Source: a virus | Lineage: Duplodnaviria > Caudoviricetes | IMG/VR virus record: IMGVR_UViG_3300050011_000078 | Location: 1 to 62,264 of that record | Length of the DNA stretch: 62,264 bases | Strand: one strand, 5' to 3' | Shown: piece after piece, positions 28,052 through 38,036 of the stretch | Layout of the letters: each line of letters opens with the position of its first letter | Numbering within the stretch: position 1 is the stretch's first letter | The notes under the pieces: generated by a model | Seen by the model: only the letters and a program-made list of their open reading frames with translations | The model's database searches: none | What the model was told of the DNA's origin: nothing | Made by a program: the position numbers and the translations under genes

Positions 28052-28543
28052 ATGGCCTATTACGACGCCCTCATTGCCGAGTGGTCCACGCTAGCGGCGG
28101 GGACGACTGCGCAAAAGCTGGCGGCGATCAATGCCGAGACTGTCGCCGGCCCCAACATCGCCGTCGCCGTCTCGCAAGTGGTCGGAAGCCTTTTGCTCAG
28201 CGGCGGCTATGCCACGCTGTCATCGTTTGCAGCGGGCGCCTTGAACAGCAATGCGACGCATGATGCGGCGCTGATGGCCGCCAAGACATTGATGGCGCTT
28301 ATGACCGTGCCGAACTCGCCGGCAATCGATATGTCGAATCCGACGACGTTAGCGATCGTCAAGGGAATGGCCGACGCGATCTTGGCGCAGGAAACCGCCG
28401 CGCCAGGGGGCACCGGGTTCACCCAGGCCGTTCACGACGGGCTGCTCGCGCTCTGCGCGACGTCTATCCCGTGGTGGAAGGTGAGCGGCTATTCCTCGCC
28501 GATCAGCGCTGGAGATCTTTCCGCCGCTGGGGGCTTGACCTAA
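28052..28543 (+). CDS. hypothetical structural-region protein
   Basis: ORF in the late operon. Confidence 0.65.
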   Translation: MAYYDALIAEWSTLAAGTTAQKLAAINAETVAGPNIAVAVSQVVGSLLLSGGYATLSSFAAGALNSNATHDAALMAAKTLMALMTVPNSPAIDMSNPTTLAIVKGMADAILAQETAAPGGTGFTQAVHDGLLALCATSIPWWKVSGYSSPISAGDLSAAGGLT

Positions 28544-28544
28544 A

Positions 28545-28775
28545 ATGGCGCTCGCAATGACCGATCTCCATTGGGCCGCCGCTCGCAACGGTTGCGGCAA
28601 TCGCCTTATTAATCGCTGGTATTTGAATGGTCGGCGCGGCGCTGGCCTTATGATGACGATCTGGCCGTTAATGACGTTGCGCCGACAAAATCAGATAGAA
28701 ACCGCACTCATGCGCTGGAAATCGGCGGCCAAAGTTGGCTGTCCAGCGAGTGTGGAGACGTGTCATGGCCGTTGA
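28545..28775 (+). pseudogene. possible internally deleted LAGLIDADG endonuclease remnant
   Basis: DLHWAA start without the G..DGEG helix; W...GRRGAGLMMTIWPLM..RRQNQI C-terminal pattern. Confidence 0.4.
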
Positions 28776-29232
28776 AAAATGGGTTGCTGGAGCTGTCGCT
28801 ACTTACACCGCCGCCATGGGCGGCTCTGATCCGAACAGCATCGTCAGTGGCAATGCCATCTTGTCGACAACCCAGCTCGATAATTCGACGGCGCTTGATA
28901 TGTTCGCCGATTTCTCGATTTCGCTTGGGTCTGTCACCACCGGCGCGGCCAATCCATTTATCGGACTCTACGTTGTGCCGCTTAATGAAGATGGGACGAC
29001 TTATGGCGATGGGCGTTTCAGTTCATCGGCGGCAGGCCCCCCTTCGCAAGCCTATTTTGCTGGGCAGATCCCTTGTGCGCCATCGACAACTGCCGTGATA
29101 ACCGGGACGCTGCGCCAGGTTCTCTTGCCGCCGAGCAAGTTCAAGCTCATTATCTACAATTTCGCTGGAGTGACTCTGGCCGCCTCGGCCAATGTCGTCG
29201 ACTGGAAGACGTATAACCGTTCGGTGGCGTGA
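28765..29232 (+). CDS. virion structural protein
   Basis: DNST.LD..ADF..DGTTY.D..LPP.KFK...N..G. Confidence 0.7.
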   Translation: MAVEKWVAGAVATYTAAMGGSDPNSIVSGNAILSTTQLDNSTALDMFADFSISLGSVTTGAANPFIGLYVVPLNEDGTTYGDGRFSSSAAGPPSQAYFAGQIPCAPSTTAVITGTLRQVLLPPSKFKLIIYNFAGVTLAASANVVDWKTYNRSVA

Positions 29233-30914
29233 TGATTGCCACGACACTAAACAAATTCGACAAAACCACATCCATTACGCTCAGCAATGACAACCTCACC
29301 GCTACGGCAAATGTCACTGTGGGCGATGCCCAGGTCCGATCGACGACTTCTCACTCAACTGGCAAGTGGCATGTTGAGTTTACAGGAATTGTTCTTAAAC
29401 AGGGTGGCTACGATGCTGGCGGATTTGCCACATCTGATGCGACCCACACATTTAATGGATTATCTACGGGGACCGGGACAGGCAACGATCTGTTTAGTCT
29501 AGGTGTTTATGACAGCACTGGCAATACCCACATCTATGTCAATAGTGCTCTTGTTCAAACAGCTGGCGCGGCATGGTTGCAGGGTAGCGTCATGGCGATG
29601 GAGCTGGATTTTGACGCCAAGCTAGTTCAGGTCAACGTAGGGTCGGGCTGGTCCAGCGCGTATCATTTCTCGCAACTTCCAAGCGCTACGCCTTATTTTG
29701 TCGTCGTCGATATGGAAAATATAAATGATTCCATATCTGTAAATTTTGGCGCGACGCCCTTCGCGATTACGCCTCAAGCAGGGTTTTTATCCTGGGACGC
29801 GTTTCTAGTAACAGTTCCTGCCAGTTATATAATTGCGATGCCGGCGCTGTTCTTTTCCGGATCCGGGACCGCCGCGCTGCTTGCGCGTTCGCGGATATCC
29901 GTCGGATGGCGTGGCACACTTGCGGGAGCTACGCCGCTCAACTCTCGCTCGGCAATGGTCGCCAGCGCGCTCGCTGGCATGAAGGCCGCGGCCGCTTTGT
30001 CTGCAAAGGCTGCGCTGGAAGTCGAGGCGAAAGCCACGCCCAGCGCTAGAGCCCCCTTGGCCGCTCTCGCGGAAACTGTCGCGCACGCGCGCGTGACTGC
30101 TATGGCCGGCCAGACGTCGCTCGCCGCTCGGTCGAGCGTCACGACAGAGGCTCGCGGATCGCTTGCGGGTAAGGCATCGCTTAGTTCAGGGGCCGCAATC
30201 GCCATCAAGGCGGCGGCGGCGGCGGCTTTCACCGCCGTCATGTCTGCCCGCTCCGGCGTCAGCATAAAGGCCTCGGCTACGCCGCCAACCGGCCGCGCGG
30301 CTATCTCGGCCCGCGCCTCGACGCTCGTTCGCGCCTCGGCGCCTATCGTCGCTGGCGGCTCTCTGTTGGCCCTGTCGGCGCGCGCGGCGATCGTGGTTAG
30401 GGGCGCGGCGTCCGCCGCCGCCCGTGCGGCTCTATCCGCTCGCTCCACGGCATCGGTCAAGGCAGCGGCGTCAATGGCCGGCCGCACCGCTATTTCTGCG
30501 CGCGCGGCTCTATCGGTCAAGGCATCGGCGCCGATCGCCGCTGGCGCGGCCCTATCGGCGCGCGCCGCAACATCGGTCAAGGCTCACGCCTCGGCGTCCT
30601 TCACGGCCGTCCTATCGGCAATGGCTGGTGTCCGCGTCGCGGCGCGCGGCATCACAAGCGGGACCGTCTCGCTGTCCGCAAGGGCTGCGACGGCGATATC
30701 CGCGCGCGCCGTCATCACGGCGCAGTCTCCGCTGGTCGCACTGGCGGGCGTTATCCGAATCGGCGTCTCGGCGTTCGGGGTGCTGACAAGGGTCTTCGCG
30801 TCGGTAATTTCGGCGCAGACAACCGTCAAATCCATGTCGTCGACCACGACGATCAAAACGCCGTCGGCGCAACCGACGATCAAAACACCATCAGCGAACA
30901 CGACAATCGAGTAG
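29229..30914 (+). CDS. SPRY/ConA-like domain plus Ala-rich repeat fibre protein
   Basis: TLSNDNLTA..STGKWHVEF..NFGATPF; about 22-aa LSARA..SVKA.A repeats. Confidence 0.7.
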   Translation: MMIATTLNKFDKTTSITLSNDNLTATANVTVGDAQVRSTTSHSTGKWHVEFTGIVLKQGGYDAGGFATSDATHTFNGLSTGTGTGNDLFSLGVYDSTGNTHIYVNSALVQTAGAAWLQGSVMAMELDFDAKLVQVNVGSGWSSAYHFSQLPSATPYFVVVDMENINDSISVNFGATPFAITPQAGFLSWDAFLVTVPASYIIAMPALFFSGSGTAALLARSRISVGWRGTLAGATPLNSRSAMVASALAGMKAAAALSAKAALEVEAKATPSARAPLAALAETVAHARVTAMAGQTSLAARSSVTTEARGSLAGKASLSSGAAIAIKAAAAAAFTAVMSARSGVSIKASATPPTGRAAISARASTLVRASAPIVAGGSLLALSARAAIVVRGAASAAARAALSARSTASVKAAASMAGRTAISARAALSVKASAPIAAGAALSARAATSVKAHASASFTAVLSAMAGVRVAARGITSGTVSLSARAATAISARAVITAQSPLVALAGVIRIGVSAFGVLTRVFASVISAQTTVKSMSSTTTIKTPSAQPTIKTPSANTTIE

Positions 30915-30925
30915 GGGGCCGCAAC

Positions 30926-31249
30926 ATGGCGACGCAGATATTTTTCCGCGGCGCAACGGCTTTCTTCTCGACCACCTTTTACGACATCAACGGCAATATC
31001 ACCCAGCCGCCCGGCGCGACTCTCTCGATCTTATATCAAAATGAGACGTTCAACCCCACGACGGCGTTGATACCGATGATGGGGCCGACCGGCTCCCAAA
31101 CCGCATGGACTGCGCAATGGGACTCCAGCCTGGCCGGCCCTGGCACCGTTCAATGGTCAGTCAGCACCACGGGCGGTCCCCCGCGCTCTGTCCAAGATGG
31201 ATTCTTCGTGCTTACCGCCAACGCGGCCAATCTTGCGAGCGCCCCGTAA
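30926..31249 (+). CDS. hypothetical structural protein
   Basis: ORF in the late operon with RBS. Confidence 0.6.
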   Translation: MATQIFFRGATAFFSTTFYDINGNITQPPGATLSILYQNETFNPTTALIPMMGPTGSQTAWTAQWDSSLAGPGTVQWSVSTTGGPPRSVQDGFFVLTANAANLASAP

Positions 31250-31744
31250 ATGGGCGTCAAGGTCACGGACAAGACTGACGACGTCAAGCGCGCCCTAAAG
31301 GTACTGACCACGCGCCGTGTGCTTGTCGGCATCCCCGCCGTCAACGATGCGCGCGAACCGGACGGTGACAAGCCGAACCCGATCGGCAATGCGGCGCTCG
31401 GCTATATCCATGAATTCGGCTCGCCAGCCAAGAACATCCCGGCCCGGCCGTTTCTTGTGCCAGGCGTCACGAGCATTCGGGATCAGGCGATCGCGATCCT
31501 CAAGAAGGCCGCGCAAAAGGCGCTCGACGGTGACATTAAGCCTATCGACAAGGCGCTGATGGCCGTGGGCCTGATGGCGCAGGTCGCGGTTCAAAATAAG
31601 ATGAAGGACGGCCCGTTCGTGCCGCTCGCCGCTCGAACGCTCAAAGCGCGCGAGAGGCGCGGGCGCACCGGCACGGCGCCGCTCCTCGATACTGGCAGAC
31701 TCCGGCAGGCCATCAAATACGTTATTCGCGACAAGGGGAAGTGA
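31250..31744 (+). CDS. neck/virion morphogenesis protein
   Basis: VLVGIP..NA.LGYIHEFG...IPARPFL..PLLDTG.L. Confidence 0.85.
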   Translation: MGVKVTDKTDDVKRALKVLTTRRVLVGIPAVNDAREPDGDKPNPIGNAALGYIHEFGSPAKNIPARPFLVPGVTSIRDQAIAILKKAAQKALDGDIKPIDKALMAVGLMAQVAVQNKMKDGPFVPLAARTLKARERRGRTGTAPLLDTGRLRQAIKYVIRDKGK

Positions 31745-31760
31745 TTTGTGCTAGAAAAGC

Positions 31761-31800
31761 GAAGCCCGCAAGCGCTACCAACGCTCACGGGCTTCTGACC
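31761..31800 (+). promoter_or_regulatory. hairpin leader of the homing endonuclease
   Basis: GAAGCCCG..AGCG-CTACCAA-CGCT..CGGGCTTC followed by TGACC. Confidence 0.5.
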
Positions 31801-31811
31801 ACGCGAACAGA

Positions 31812-32441
31812 ATGAGTGCTCGAATGGCTGACGCGACCTTAGCGCGTTCCGACTTCTATGTGTATGTGCTTTTCCGCCACGATACCGGCCAGCCGTTCTA
31901 TGTCGGCAAGGGCAGGCGCGATCGCGTTGAGAGGCATTTTTCCGACCTCCGCAATCCTCACAAGAGCCACATAATCGCCCGAGCGAAGAAGGTCGGATGC
32001 GATATCCCGAGAGTTAAGATCGCGGTCGGGATGACCGAGCGACAAGCTTTCGACGTTGAAATTGCCTTTATCGATGCGATTGGGCGCGAGCCTAATGGGC
32101 CGCTAGTCAATCTGACTGATGGCGGAGACGGACCGAGTGGCGGGACATGGAAGTTGTCCGAGGCCACGATCGAAAAACAGAATTTGGCGAAGCGGTCACG
32201 CCACGGATCGTTCGTCGGTAGAAAGCATTCCGAAGAAACGTTGGCTAAGATGCGCGCGACTGCCGCAGCGCGCGACTGCCGTCACTCGCCCGAGACGCGC
32301 GCGAAGATGAGCGCCAGCGGACGGCTGAAGAAGCTGACCGCAGAACACCGCGCAAATATCGGCAAGGGCCTCAAGGGCAATAATAACGCTATTGCGAAGA
32401 GGCTTCGAGAATGCCAACTCTTGACGTCACCGAAGTCTTAG
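31812..32441 (+). CDS. free-standing GIY-YIG homing endonuclease with NUMOD3 repeats
   Basis: FYVY..PFYVGKG...R..H; E..FI..IGR..GPLVNLTDGGDG; GRKHSEET. Confidence 0.85.
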   Translation: MSARMADATLARSDFYVYVLFRHDTGQPFYVGKGRRDRVERHFSDLRNPHKSHIIARAKKVGCDIPRVKIAVGMTERQAFDVEIAFIDAIGREPNGPLVNLTDGGDGPSGGTWKLSEATIEKQNLAKRSRHGSFVGRKHSEETLAKMRATAAARDCRHSPETRAKMSASGRLKKLTAEHRANIGKGLKGNNNAIAKRLRECQLLTSPKS

Positions 32442-32800
32442 GAAGCCCCGAGTTCCAAGATAATTTTCTCGTCACTCAGACCGCCTTCGTCATCGGCGCC
32501 GGCGGGACTGGATCATCGACCGTCACCGGGCCATTTGCCGCGCAAGGCGTCGTCATCCCCGGCAAGAGCTCCTTGCAGCGCAATTCCGATGGCGAGCGCG
32601 TCACGGCGTATCTGGATGTATATACGACCTATCCGCTGACGAACGGCCTAAAGACCGATGACGTGTCATCGCGAGAGGCGGATATCGTGACCTGGCGCGG
32701 CCGCCAGTTCACCGTCATGGGAATCGACGATTTTACCAACTTCGGCGCTGGCTTCATTCACGCGTCTTGCGACCTGCTCCCGCTCAATCCGAAATCTTGA
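32411..32800 (+). CDS. head-tail adaptor/head closure protein
   Basis: LDVTEVL.SPEF.D..ADIV.WRG..F...GAGF. Confidence 0.8.
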   Translation: MPTLDVTEVLGSPEFQDNFLVTQTAFVIGAGGTGSSTVTGPFAAQGVVIPGKSSLQRNSDGERVTAYLDVYTTYPLTNGLKTDDVSSREADIVTWRGRQFTVMGIDDFTNFGAGFIHASCDLLPLNPKS

Positions 32801-32903
32801 TGTTGCGCCCGCCGCCGTCGTTCCAGGAATTGCGCCGGCACCTACGAGCGTACCCGCGCCGGCTCCGGTGATCCGGCACCATCTCTAAGAGGACGTTTGC
32901 TAA

Positions 32904-33518
32904 ATGGCCGACTCCTCAACCACTGCGTCGCCAAATGGACCTGGCGCATTTCTCGCGCCCACAAGCGGCTTTCTCAATGCCGAAGATGACGCGCTAGACG
33001 CCATCCTGCAAGGGCTTGTCGTCGGCGTAACGGCGATCCCCGGCAACCTCGTGCGACCGCGCTGGCAGCCGGTTCCCCCGCCGCAGCCCGATCAAAACAC
33101 CGATTGGTGCGCGATCGGGGTTACCGAGGAAGACCCTGAGCCGAACGTATCGACGGTCCACACCGCAGCCGGCAACGGTTCCAGCACGACATACGAAAAC
33201 GACATCGTCACCGTTCTTGCCAGCTTCTATGGGCCGACCGCACGCGGAAATTCGAACCTCCTGCGAAGCGGCCTCATGGTCGCGCAGAACCGCGAAACGC
33301 TGCTCGTCAACACCAACCTGGCGCTTATGGCGATCCCCGGCAAGGGGACATTCGTTCCCGAGGAAGTCAACAACATCACCGTCCGCCGCGTCGATATCGA
33401 ATTGCGATTCCGCCGCCGGACGATCCTTGTTTGGCCGATCGATAATCTGCTCGGCGCAAAGGGGACGATCTACTCGGACGACGGCGCGTCGCAGCCGTTC
33501 ACCGTTCCCGCGCCTTAA
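32904..33518 (+). CDS. tail terminator/neck protein
   Basis: GVT.IPG.LVRPRWQ..PP..WCAIG..SFYGP. Confidence 0.8.
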   Translation: MADSSTTASPNGPGAFLAPTSGFLNAEDDALDAILQGLVVGVTAIPGNLVRPRWQPVPPPQPDQNTDWCAIGVTEEDPEPNVSTVHTAAGNGSSTTYENDIVTVLASFYGPTARGNSNLLRSGLMVAQNRETLLVNTNLALMAIPGKGTFVPEEVNNITVRRVDIELRFRRRTILVWPIDNLLGAKGTIYSDDGASQPFTVPAP

Positions 33519-33577
33519 CCCGCCTCTCCGCGCCGTCGTGATGACGCCGCCATTCCCGCTTGATGGAGCCTAAAACC

Positions 33578-35386
33578 ATGACTGTTCAAACAGTTGACGT
33601 ATCCGATTTCGTAAATGTCTCCGTCAACATTACCCCGCTTGCGATCCCCTTTGCGAATTTCGGCTTGCCGGTTTTCATTGGCGACAGCAACGTCATCGAT
33701 ATCAACCAGCGCTATCGGTCCTATACGACGATTATTGGCGTCGGGCAGGATTTCGGCAACACGTCGCCGGAATACCTGGCGGCCGAAATCTTTTTCAGCC
33801 AGCAGCCGCAGCCCGCGCAACTCTTCCTCGGACGTTGGGCGCGCACCGCGACGGCTGGCTTGCTGCATGGCGCGGTTCTCACCGCCGCTCAGCAGTTGCT
33901 GGCGAACTTCACCGTGATCACGTCCGGCGCGTTCTTCATCACGATCGACGGCGTTCCGCAGGCCATCTCGGGCCTGAATTTCTCGGCGGCGCTCAATCTC
34001 AATGGCGTTGCGTCGCTGATCCAGACGGCGTTGCCGGCCGGCGATCTGTGCGTTTTCGGAGCGAGCAAGCGCTTTGATATCGTGTCGAGCACGACGGGCA
34101 TTGCCTCATCGGTCAGCTTCGGCGCCGCGCCGACGGCGATCGGCGATGCGGTTTTCTCCGCCAACCCAGCAAACAACGACACACTGACGATTGGCGGCAC
34201 GACGGTTACCTTCGTCACCGGCACCCCGACCGGAAACCAGGTCCTGATCGGCGGCACGCTCGCTATCACCCTCGCGAGCCTGGTAAACTTCCTCAACGCC
34301 TCGGCCGACGTGAATATAGTCAAGGCGAATTATTCGGTTGTCGCCAGCACCCTCTATGTCGTCTTCAAGACGGCTGGCGTCACCGGCAACTCGTTCACCC
34401 TCGCCAAGGTCAGCACCGCGATCGCGCTGAGCGCCGCGACTCTGGCGGGCGGCTCTGGCACCGACATTTCGACCCTGCTCGGCCTCACGTCCGCGTCGGG
34501 CGCTTCGCCTCTCGTCCACGGCATTGCGGCCGAAAGCCCGCTCTCCGCCGTTACAGCGATGGCGAATACCTCCTCGCAATGGTATGGCGTGATGTTCGCT
34601 TGCGCGACCTTCCCCGCCGACGCCGACTATGAGGCTGTCGCCGCCTATATCCTGGCCTCGAGCCGCACGCGCATCTTAGGCATCACCGAACAGAATACGA
34701 ATCTGCTCGACCCGACCCAGACGAACGATCTGGCGAGCGTCTTGCAGACGTTCAATAACAAGCGCGTTTTCGTGATGTGGTCCAGCACGAACGCCTTCGC
34801 CGCAGCGACGATCTTCGGACGCGCCCTGACGGTCAATTTCAACGGAAACCTCACAACCATCACCCTCGCCTATAAGCAGGCGCCTGGGATCATCGGCGAG
34901 AACCTGACGGAGACGCAATTCGCGACTCTGGTCTCCAAGGGCGCGAACACCGTCATCAACGTCGACAATGGCGCGACGATGATCTGGCCCGGCCAGATGA
35001 GCAATGGATACTTCTTCGACGAAGTCCACGGCACCGATTGGTTCCAAAACCGCGTCCAGACCGACGTGTTCAATCTGCTCTACACCACCACGACGAAAGT
35101 TCCGCAGACCGACGCCGGCAACAACATGATCGCGACGGCGATGGTCGGATCGTGCGAGGCCGCCATTAACAACGGCTTCGCGGCTGCGGGTCAGTGGAAT
35201 GCCGCCGGCTTCGGCTCGCTCCAGCAGGGCGATGCCCTGACGAAGGGATATTACATCTATTATCCCCCGATCGCGACGCAGTCGGAAAGCGACCGAACGC
35301 TGCGTATTTCGGTCGTGTTCCAGATCGCCTTGAAGCTGGCGGGCGCGGTCCAAACGCCGTTCGTCGTCATCAACATCAACCGATAA
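33578..35386 (+). CDS. contractile tail sheath (DUF3383)
   Basis: DFG.TSPEY.AA..FFSQ.PQP; TL.YKQ.PG; FFDEVHG.DW; KVPQTDAG; KLAGAV. Confidence 0.9.
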   Translation: MTVQTVDVSDFVNVSVNITPLAIPFANFGLPVFIGDSNVIDINQRYRSYTTIIGVGQDFGNTSPEYLAAEIFFSQQPQPAQLFLGRWARTATAGLLHGAVLTAAQQLLANFTVITSGAFFITIDGVPQAISGLNFSAALNLNGVASLIQTALPAGDLCVFGASKRFDIVSSTTGIASSVSFGAAPTAIGDAVFSANPANNDTLTIGGTTVTFVTGTPTGNQVLIGGTLAITLASLVNFLNASADVNIVKANYSVVASTLYVVFKTAGVTGNSFTLAKVSTAIALSAATLAGGSGTDISTLLGLTSASGASPLVHGIAAESPLSAVTAMANTSSQWYGVMFACATFPADADYEAVAAYILASSRTRILGITEQNTNLLDPTQTNDLASVLQTFNNKRVFVMWSSTNAFAAATIFGRALTVNFNGNLTTITLAYKQAPGIIGENLTETQFATLVSKGANTVINVDNGATMIWPGQMSNGYFFDEVHGTDWFQNRVQTDVFNLLYTTTTKVPQTDAGNNMIATAMVGSCEAAINNGFAAAGQWNAAGFGSLQQGDALTKGYYIYYPPIATQSESDRTLRISVVFQIALKLAGAVQTPFVVININR

Positions 35387-35444
35387 TCCCGACCTTCCGG
35401 CCGCGCCGTGAGGCGCCGCCATTCCCTTTGATGGAGCACTCACC

Positions 35445-35921
35445 ATGGCTATTACGTCCGGCGCCTATTCATTTCTCGACGTGCAATGCACGTTTAGCGG
35501 GCCGGGCGGCTCGTTCGACATCGCGAGCGGCCAGGTCAGTGATGACGCCATTCATATCGCGATGGACGGCCCGAAGAACACCAAGACCATTGGTGCGAAC
35601 GGCGCCGGCATGCACTCGCTGCACGCTTCGAGGGGCGGCAAAATTACGGTCAATCTGCTGAAGACCGCCGGCGGGAATGCCATGTTGAATCAAATCTACA
35701 ATTATCAACAGACATCGTCGGCCTATTGGGGCCAAAACATCATGACGGTCACCAACAACATCACGGGCGACGCCATCGTGGCGACGAACGGCGCGTTTGT
35801 GAAACAATCGGACCTCGGATATCATACCGAAGGCGGCACGAACGTCTGGGAATTCGACTTCATAGAGATCGATGAAGTCCTCGGCAACGGTCTTAATCCG
35901 ACCGGGCTGGTCATGCCGTGA
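35445..35921 (+). CDS. tail tube protein (DUF3277-like)
   Basis: YSFLDV....GPGG..IGA.G.GMHSLHA...GKITV.LLKT. Confidence 0.85.
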   Translation: MAITSGAYSFLDVQCTFSGPGGSFDIASGQVSDDAIHIAMDGPKNTKTIGANGAGMHSLHASRGGKITVNLLKTAGGNAMLNQIYNYQQTSSAYWGQNIMTVTNNITGDAIVATNGAFVKQSDLGYHTEGGTNVWEFDFIEIDEVLGNGLNPTGLVMP

Positions 35922-36397
35922 TAGAATTCCGCGTCGACAATTGCGTCTATCGGGTGATGCGTCCCATGGACGCGTTCACTCAGTTCGACGTCATCGCCAA
36001 AGTGTCGCCGTTGCTGGCGAGCGGCTTTAGCGAGATAGTCCCGTTCTTCATCGAGCTCCGCAAAGAAGGCATCGGCAGCATTGCCGATGTTCCCATGCAG
36101 CGGGCGGCTCAATTATTCGGGCCTGTCTCGCGCGAGCTCGCCAAAATGCCGCCGGAAGATCGCCGCTATATCATGGGCGCGTGCCTCGGCATTTGCGAGC
36201 GTAAGCAGGACGGGCAACAGGGCTTCGCGCCGATATGGAGCGACCAGGCCGGGCGGGCCATATTCGACGATATCAACAACAACATTTCCGTCATGCTGCG
36301 CATTGCGGTCGCCGTGATCCAGGGGACATTCGCCGATTTTTTTCCCGCAAGCCTCTCCGGTTTACTCGGCGGGGCTCCCCTCACAACTTCGAAGTAG
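35918..36397 (+). CDS. tail assembly chaperone (gpG-like)
   Basis: Follows the tail tube gene; MDAF.QF.V..KV.P. Confidence 0.8.
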   Translation: MIEFRVDNCVYRVMRPMDAFTQFDVIAKVSPLLASGFSEIVPFFIELRKEGIGSIADVPMQRAAQLFGPVSRELAKMPPEDRRYIMGACLGICERKQDGQQGFAPIWSDQAGRAIFDDINNNISVMLRIAVAVIQGTFADFFPASLSGLLGGAPLTTSK

Positions 36398-36573
36398 TCC
36401 GGCTCCCAGACGGGGAAGACTGGCTAATGCAGCCTGTCCTTGCAGGGCTCTGCAAATACGAAAGCCTTCTGGACGGGACGGTCGGCCTGTTCGATCTCCA
36501 GCGCATGAACGACGCAATTGCGGTGCGCAATGAGAACAATTCCCGCGCGCATGAGGCGATGAAGACGAAGTGA
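36337..36573 (+). CDS. -1 frameshift extension of the tail chaperone (gpGT-like)
   Basis: T TTT TTT slippery heptamer 36337-36343; -1 frame reads LPDGEDWLMQPV..G.CKYESL.DG. Confidence 0.75.
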   Translation, partial: FFSRKPLRFTRRGSPHNFEVVRLPDGEDWLMQPVLAGLCKYESLLDGTVGLFDLQRMNDAIAVRNENNSRAHEAMKTK

Positions 36574-36908
36574 TTGATCGCCATTCTCGACTGTGCTAAC
36601 TGTGAATTGAGAGGCTTGGATACGGGCGATAGCAGATGAATCCCATTCAGTGGGGCGAGCGAATACATTTGCGGCAATCTAACCGCATGATGAGGCTTAT
36701 ATCGAACGTGGTAATGCCATTAACTCAGGACCCGGACGCCTGGGCCTCTTAACAGCCAAATAAACTTCAGTTCATCGTCTGCGCCGGGCTCAATCTCTTT
36801 GATCTTGTCGTCACCCCATTTGTCGCGCAAATATGCGAGCTGGCTGGCGGGGATCATTAGCAATTGCGTGGTATCCCTTGTTAGTGAAGCAATGAAGCCG
36901 AAGTGAAC

Positions 36909-37175
36909 CTACCTGTTGATTTTGATGCACACCACATATTCTCGGCTGTTCGAGGGGAGGCCGGCCCGCATCGTGCGCATGCGCAAAGAGCCGTTGCACG
37001 CTTCGAGCGAGTCGAATATTTCTTGAATTGGGCGCCAATCGCAAGTTAAGCGTCCATCCGGTATCGGCATACAGGCTCCGGCCACATAGACAGTCCCAGA
37101 AGCATCAAGCGCATCTTGAGCGTTGGCCGAGCCGCCCGCGAAAACCAAAGCCAAAGCTGCAATCATCAAGCGCAT
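36909..37175 (-). CDS. secreted moron protein
   Basis: Signal peptide (..GSANA-Q), four Cys, AAGGA RBS. Confidence 0.6.
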   Translation of the reverse strand: MRLMIAALALVFAGGSANAQDALDASGTVYVAGACMPIPDGRLTCDWRPIQEIFDSLEACNGSLRMRTMRAGLPSNSREYVVCIKINR

Positions 37176-37267
37176 GGGATATCCTTTCAAAGGTCGACAT
37201 TGGGCGCGGGTTCAGTCAGCGGCATGGTCGAGGGCGCTCGGTTTGAAGTCCGCCGAAGTGATCGAGG

Positions 37268-37795
37268 TCACTGACTGACCGCCAAGGGAAGGTCGCTCGT
37301 ATCGATCATTATGCTGTTTGCTGTTGGGAAGCCGTCTGGAACGCACATGAGCAGCGAGAGGTAGCTCGGGACGCCCGGCGTCAATTGCAGTCGAGCCAAC
37401 TTTGCCGCGTCTTGCATGCAAAGAATTTGATAATATTCGGTATATCCAGCCCAATGCGCCACGAGGTAGTTTCTCGCCTTGATCTCCGCGTTCAGCCAAT
37501 GTTTGAACAGCACGTCTCTGTCTGTGTCGAGAAGCGCCAGCGCCTCCCTGCGATCCTTATCCGTGCTCCACTCGCTATGCGCCCCTTTATCGGCCGATTT
37601 CAGCATATCGAGCGTCTGCGCCAAGGCCGCTTGATTGACGTCCCAATTGGGGAACGGCTCGGCAGCATGGGCGGGCCGGTCGAGCAGGCTGGCGAACAAA
37701 ACCAGCGCCAGCAGCGCGGCGGCGGTTAGCAGTTGCCTGATGATTCCGGGCCAGAGGACCGCCAGGAGGATCAAAATCAGGATCGGGAAAATCAT
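37268..37795 (-). CDS. membrane-anchored moron protein
   Basis: Two N-terminal hydrophobic segments; coupled to the upstream ORF. Confidence 0.65.
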   Translation of the reverse strand: MIFPILILILLAVLWPGIIRQLLTAAALLALVLFASLLDRPAHAAEPFPNWDVNQAALAQTLDMLKSADKGAHSEWSTDKDRREALALLDTDRDVLFKHWLNAEIKARNYLVAHWAGYTEYYQILCMQDAAKLARLQLTPGVPSYLSLLMCVPDGFPTANSIMIDTSDLPLAVSQ

Positions 37796-37986
37796 TTCAG
37801 AATCTCCATGATCAACGTCAACGTCGCGACATTAGCTAGGCGCTTCCCCTTCGCGTCAAGGAGGCTGTAGTGGCCAAAGCCTATCGCCTTCGTGTCACGC
37901 ACTCGCGATTTGACAATCTTCCATCCCCTGCGCGCCGCGACCCGACGCAAGCGATTTTCAAGAACTTTTTCGGAATTAAGCATCAT
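37792..37986 (-). CDS. small basic moron protein
   Basis: ENRLRRVAARRGWKIVKSR.RD motif. Confidence 0.55.
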   Translation of the reverse strand: MMLNSEKVLENRLRRVAARRGWKIVKSRVRDTKAIGFGHYSLLDAKGKRLANVATLTLIMEILK

Positions 37987-38036
37987 GCCGATAGGTATGC
38001 TCCTATGTATGCCAGAAGTCAATAGGAGCGCATTAA

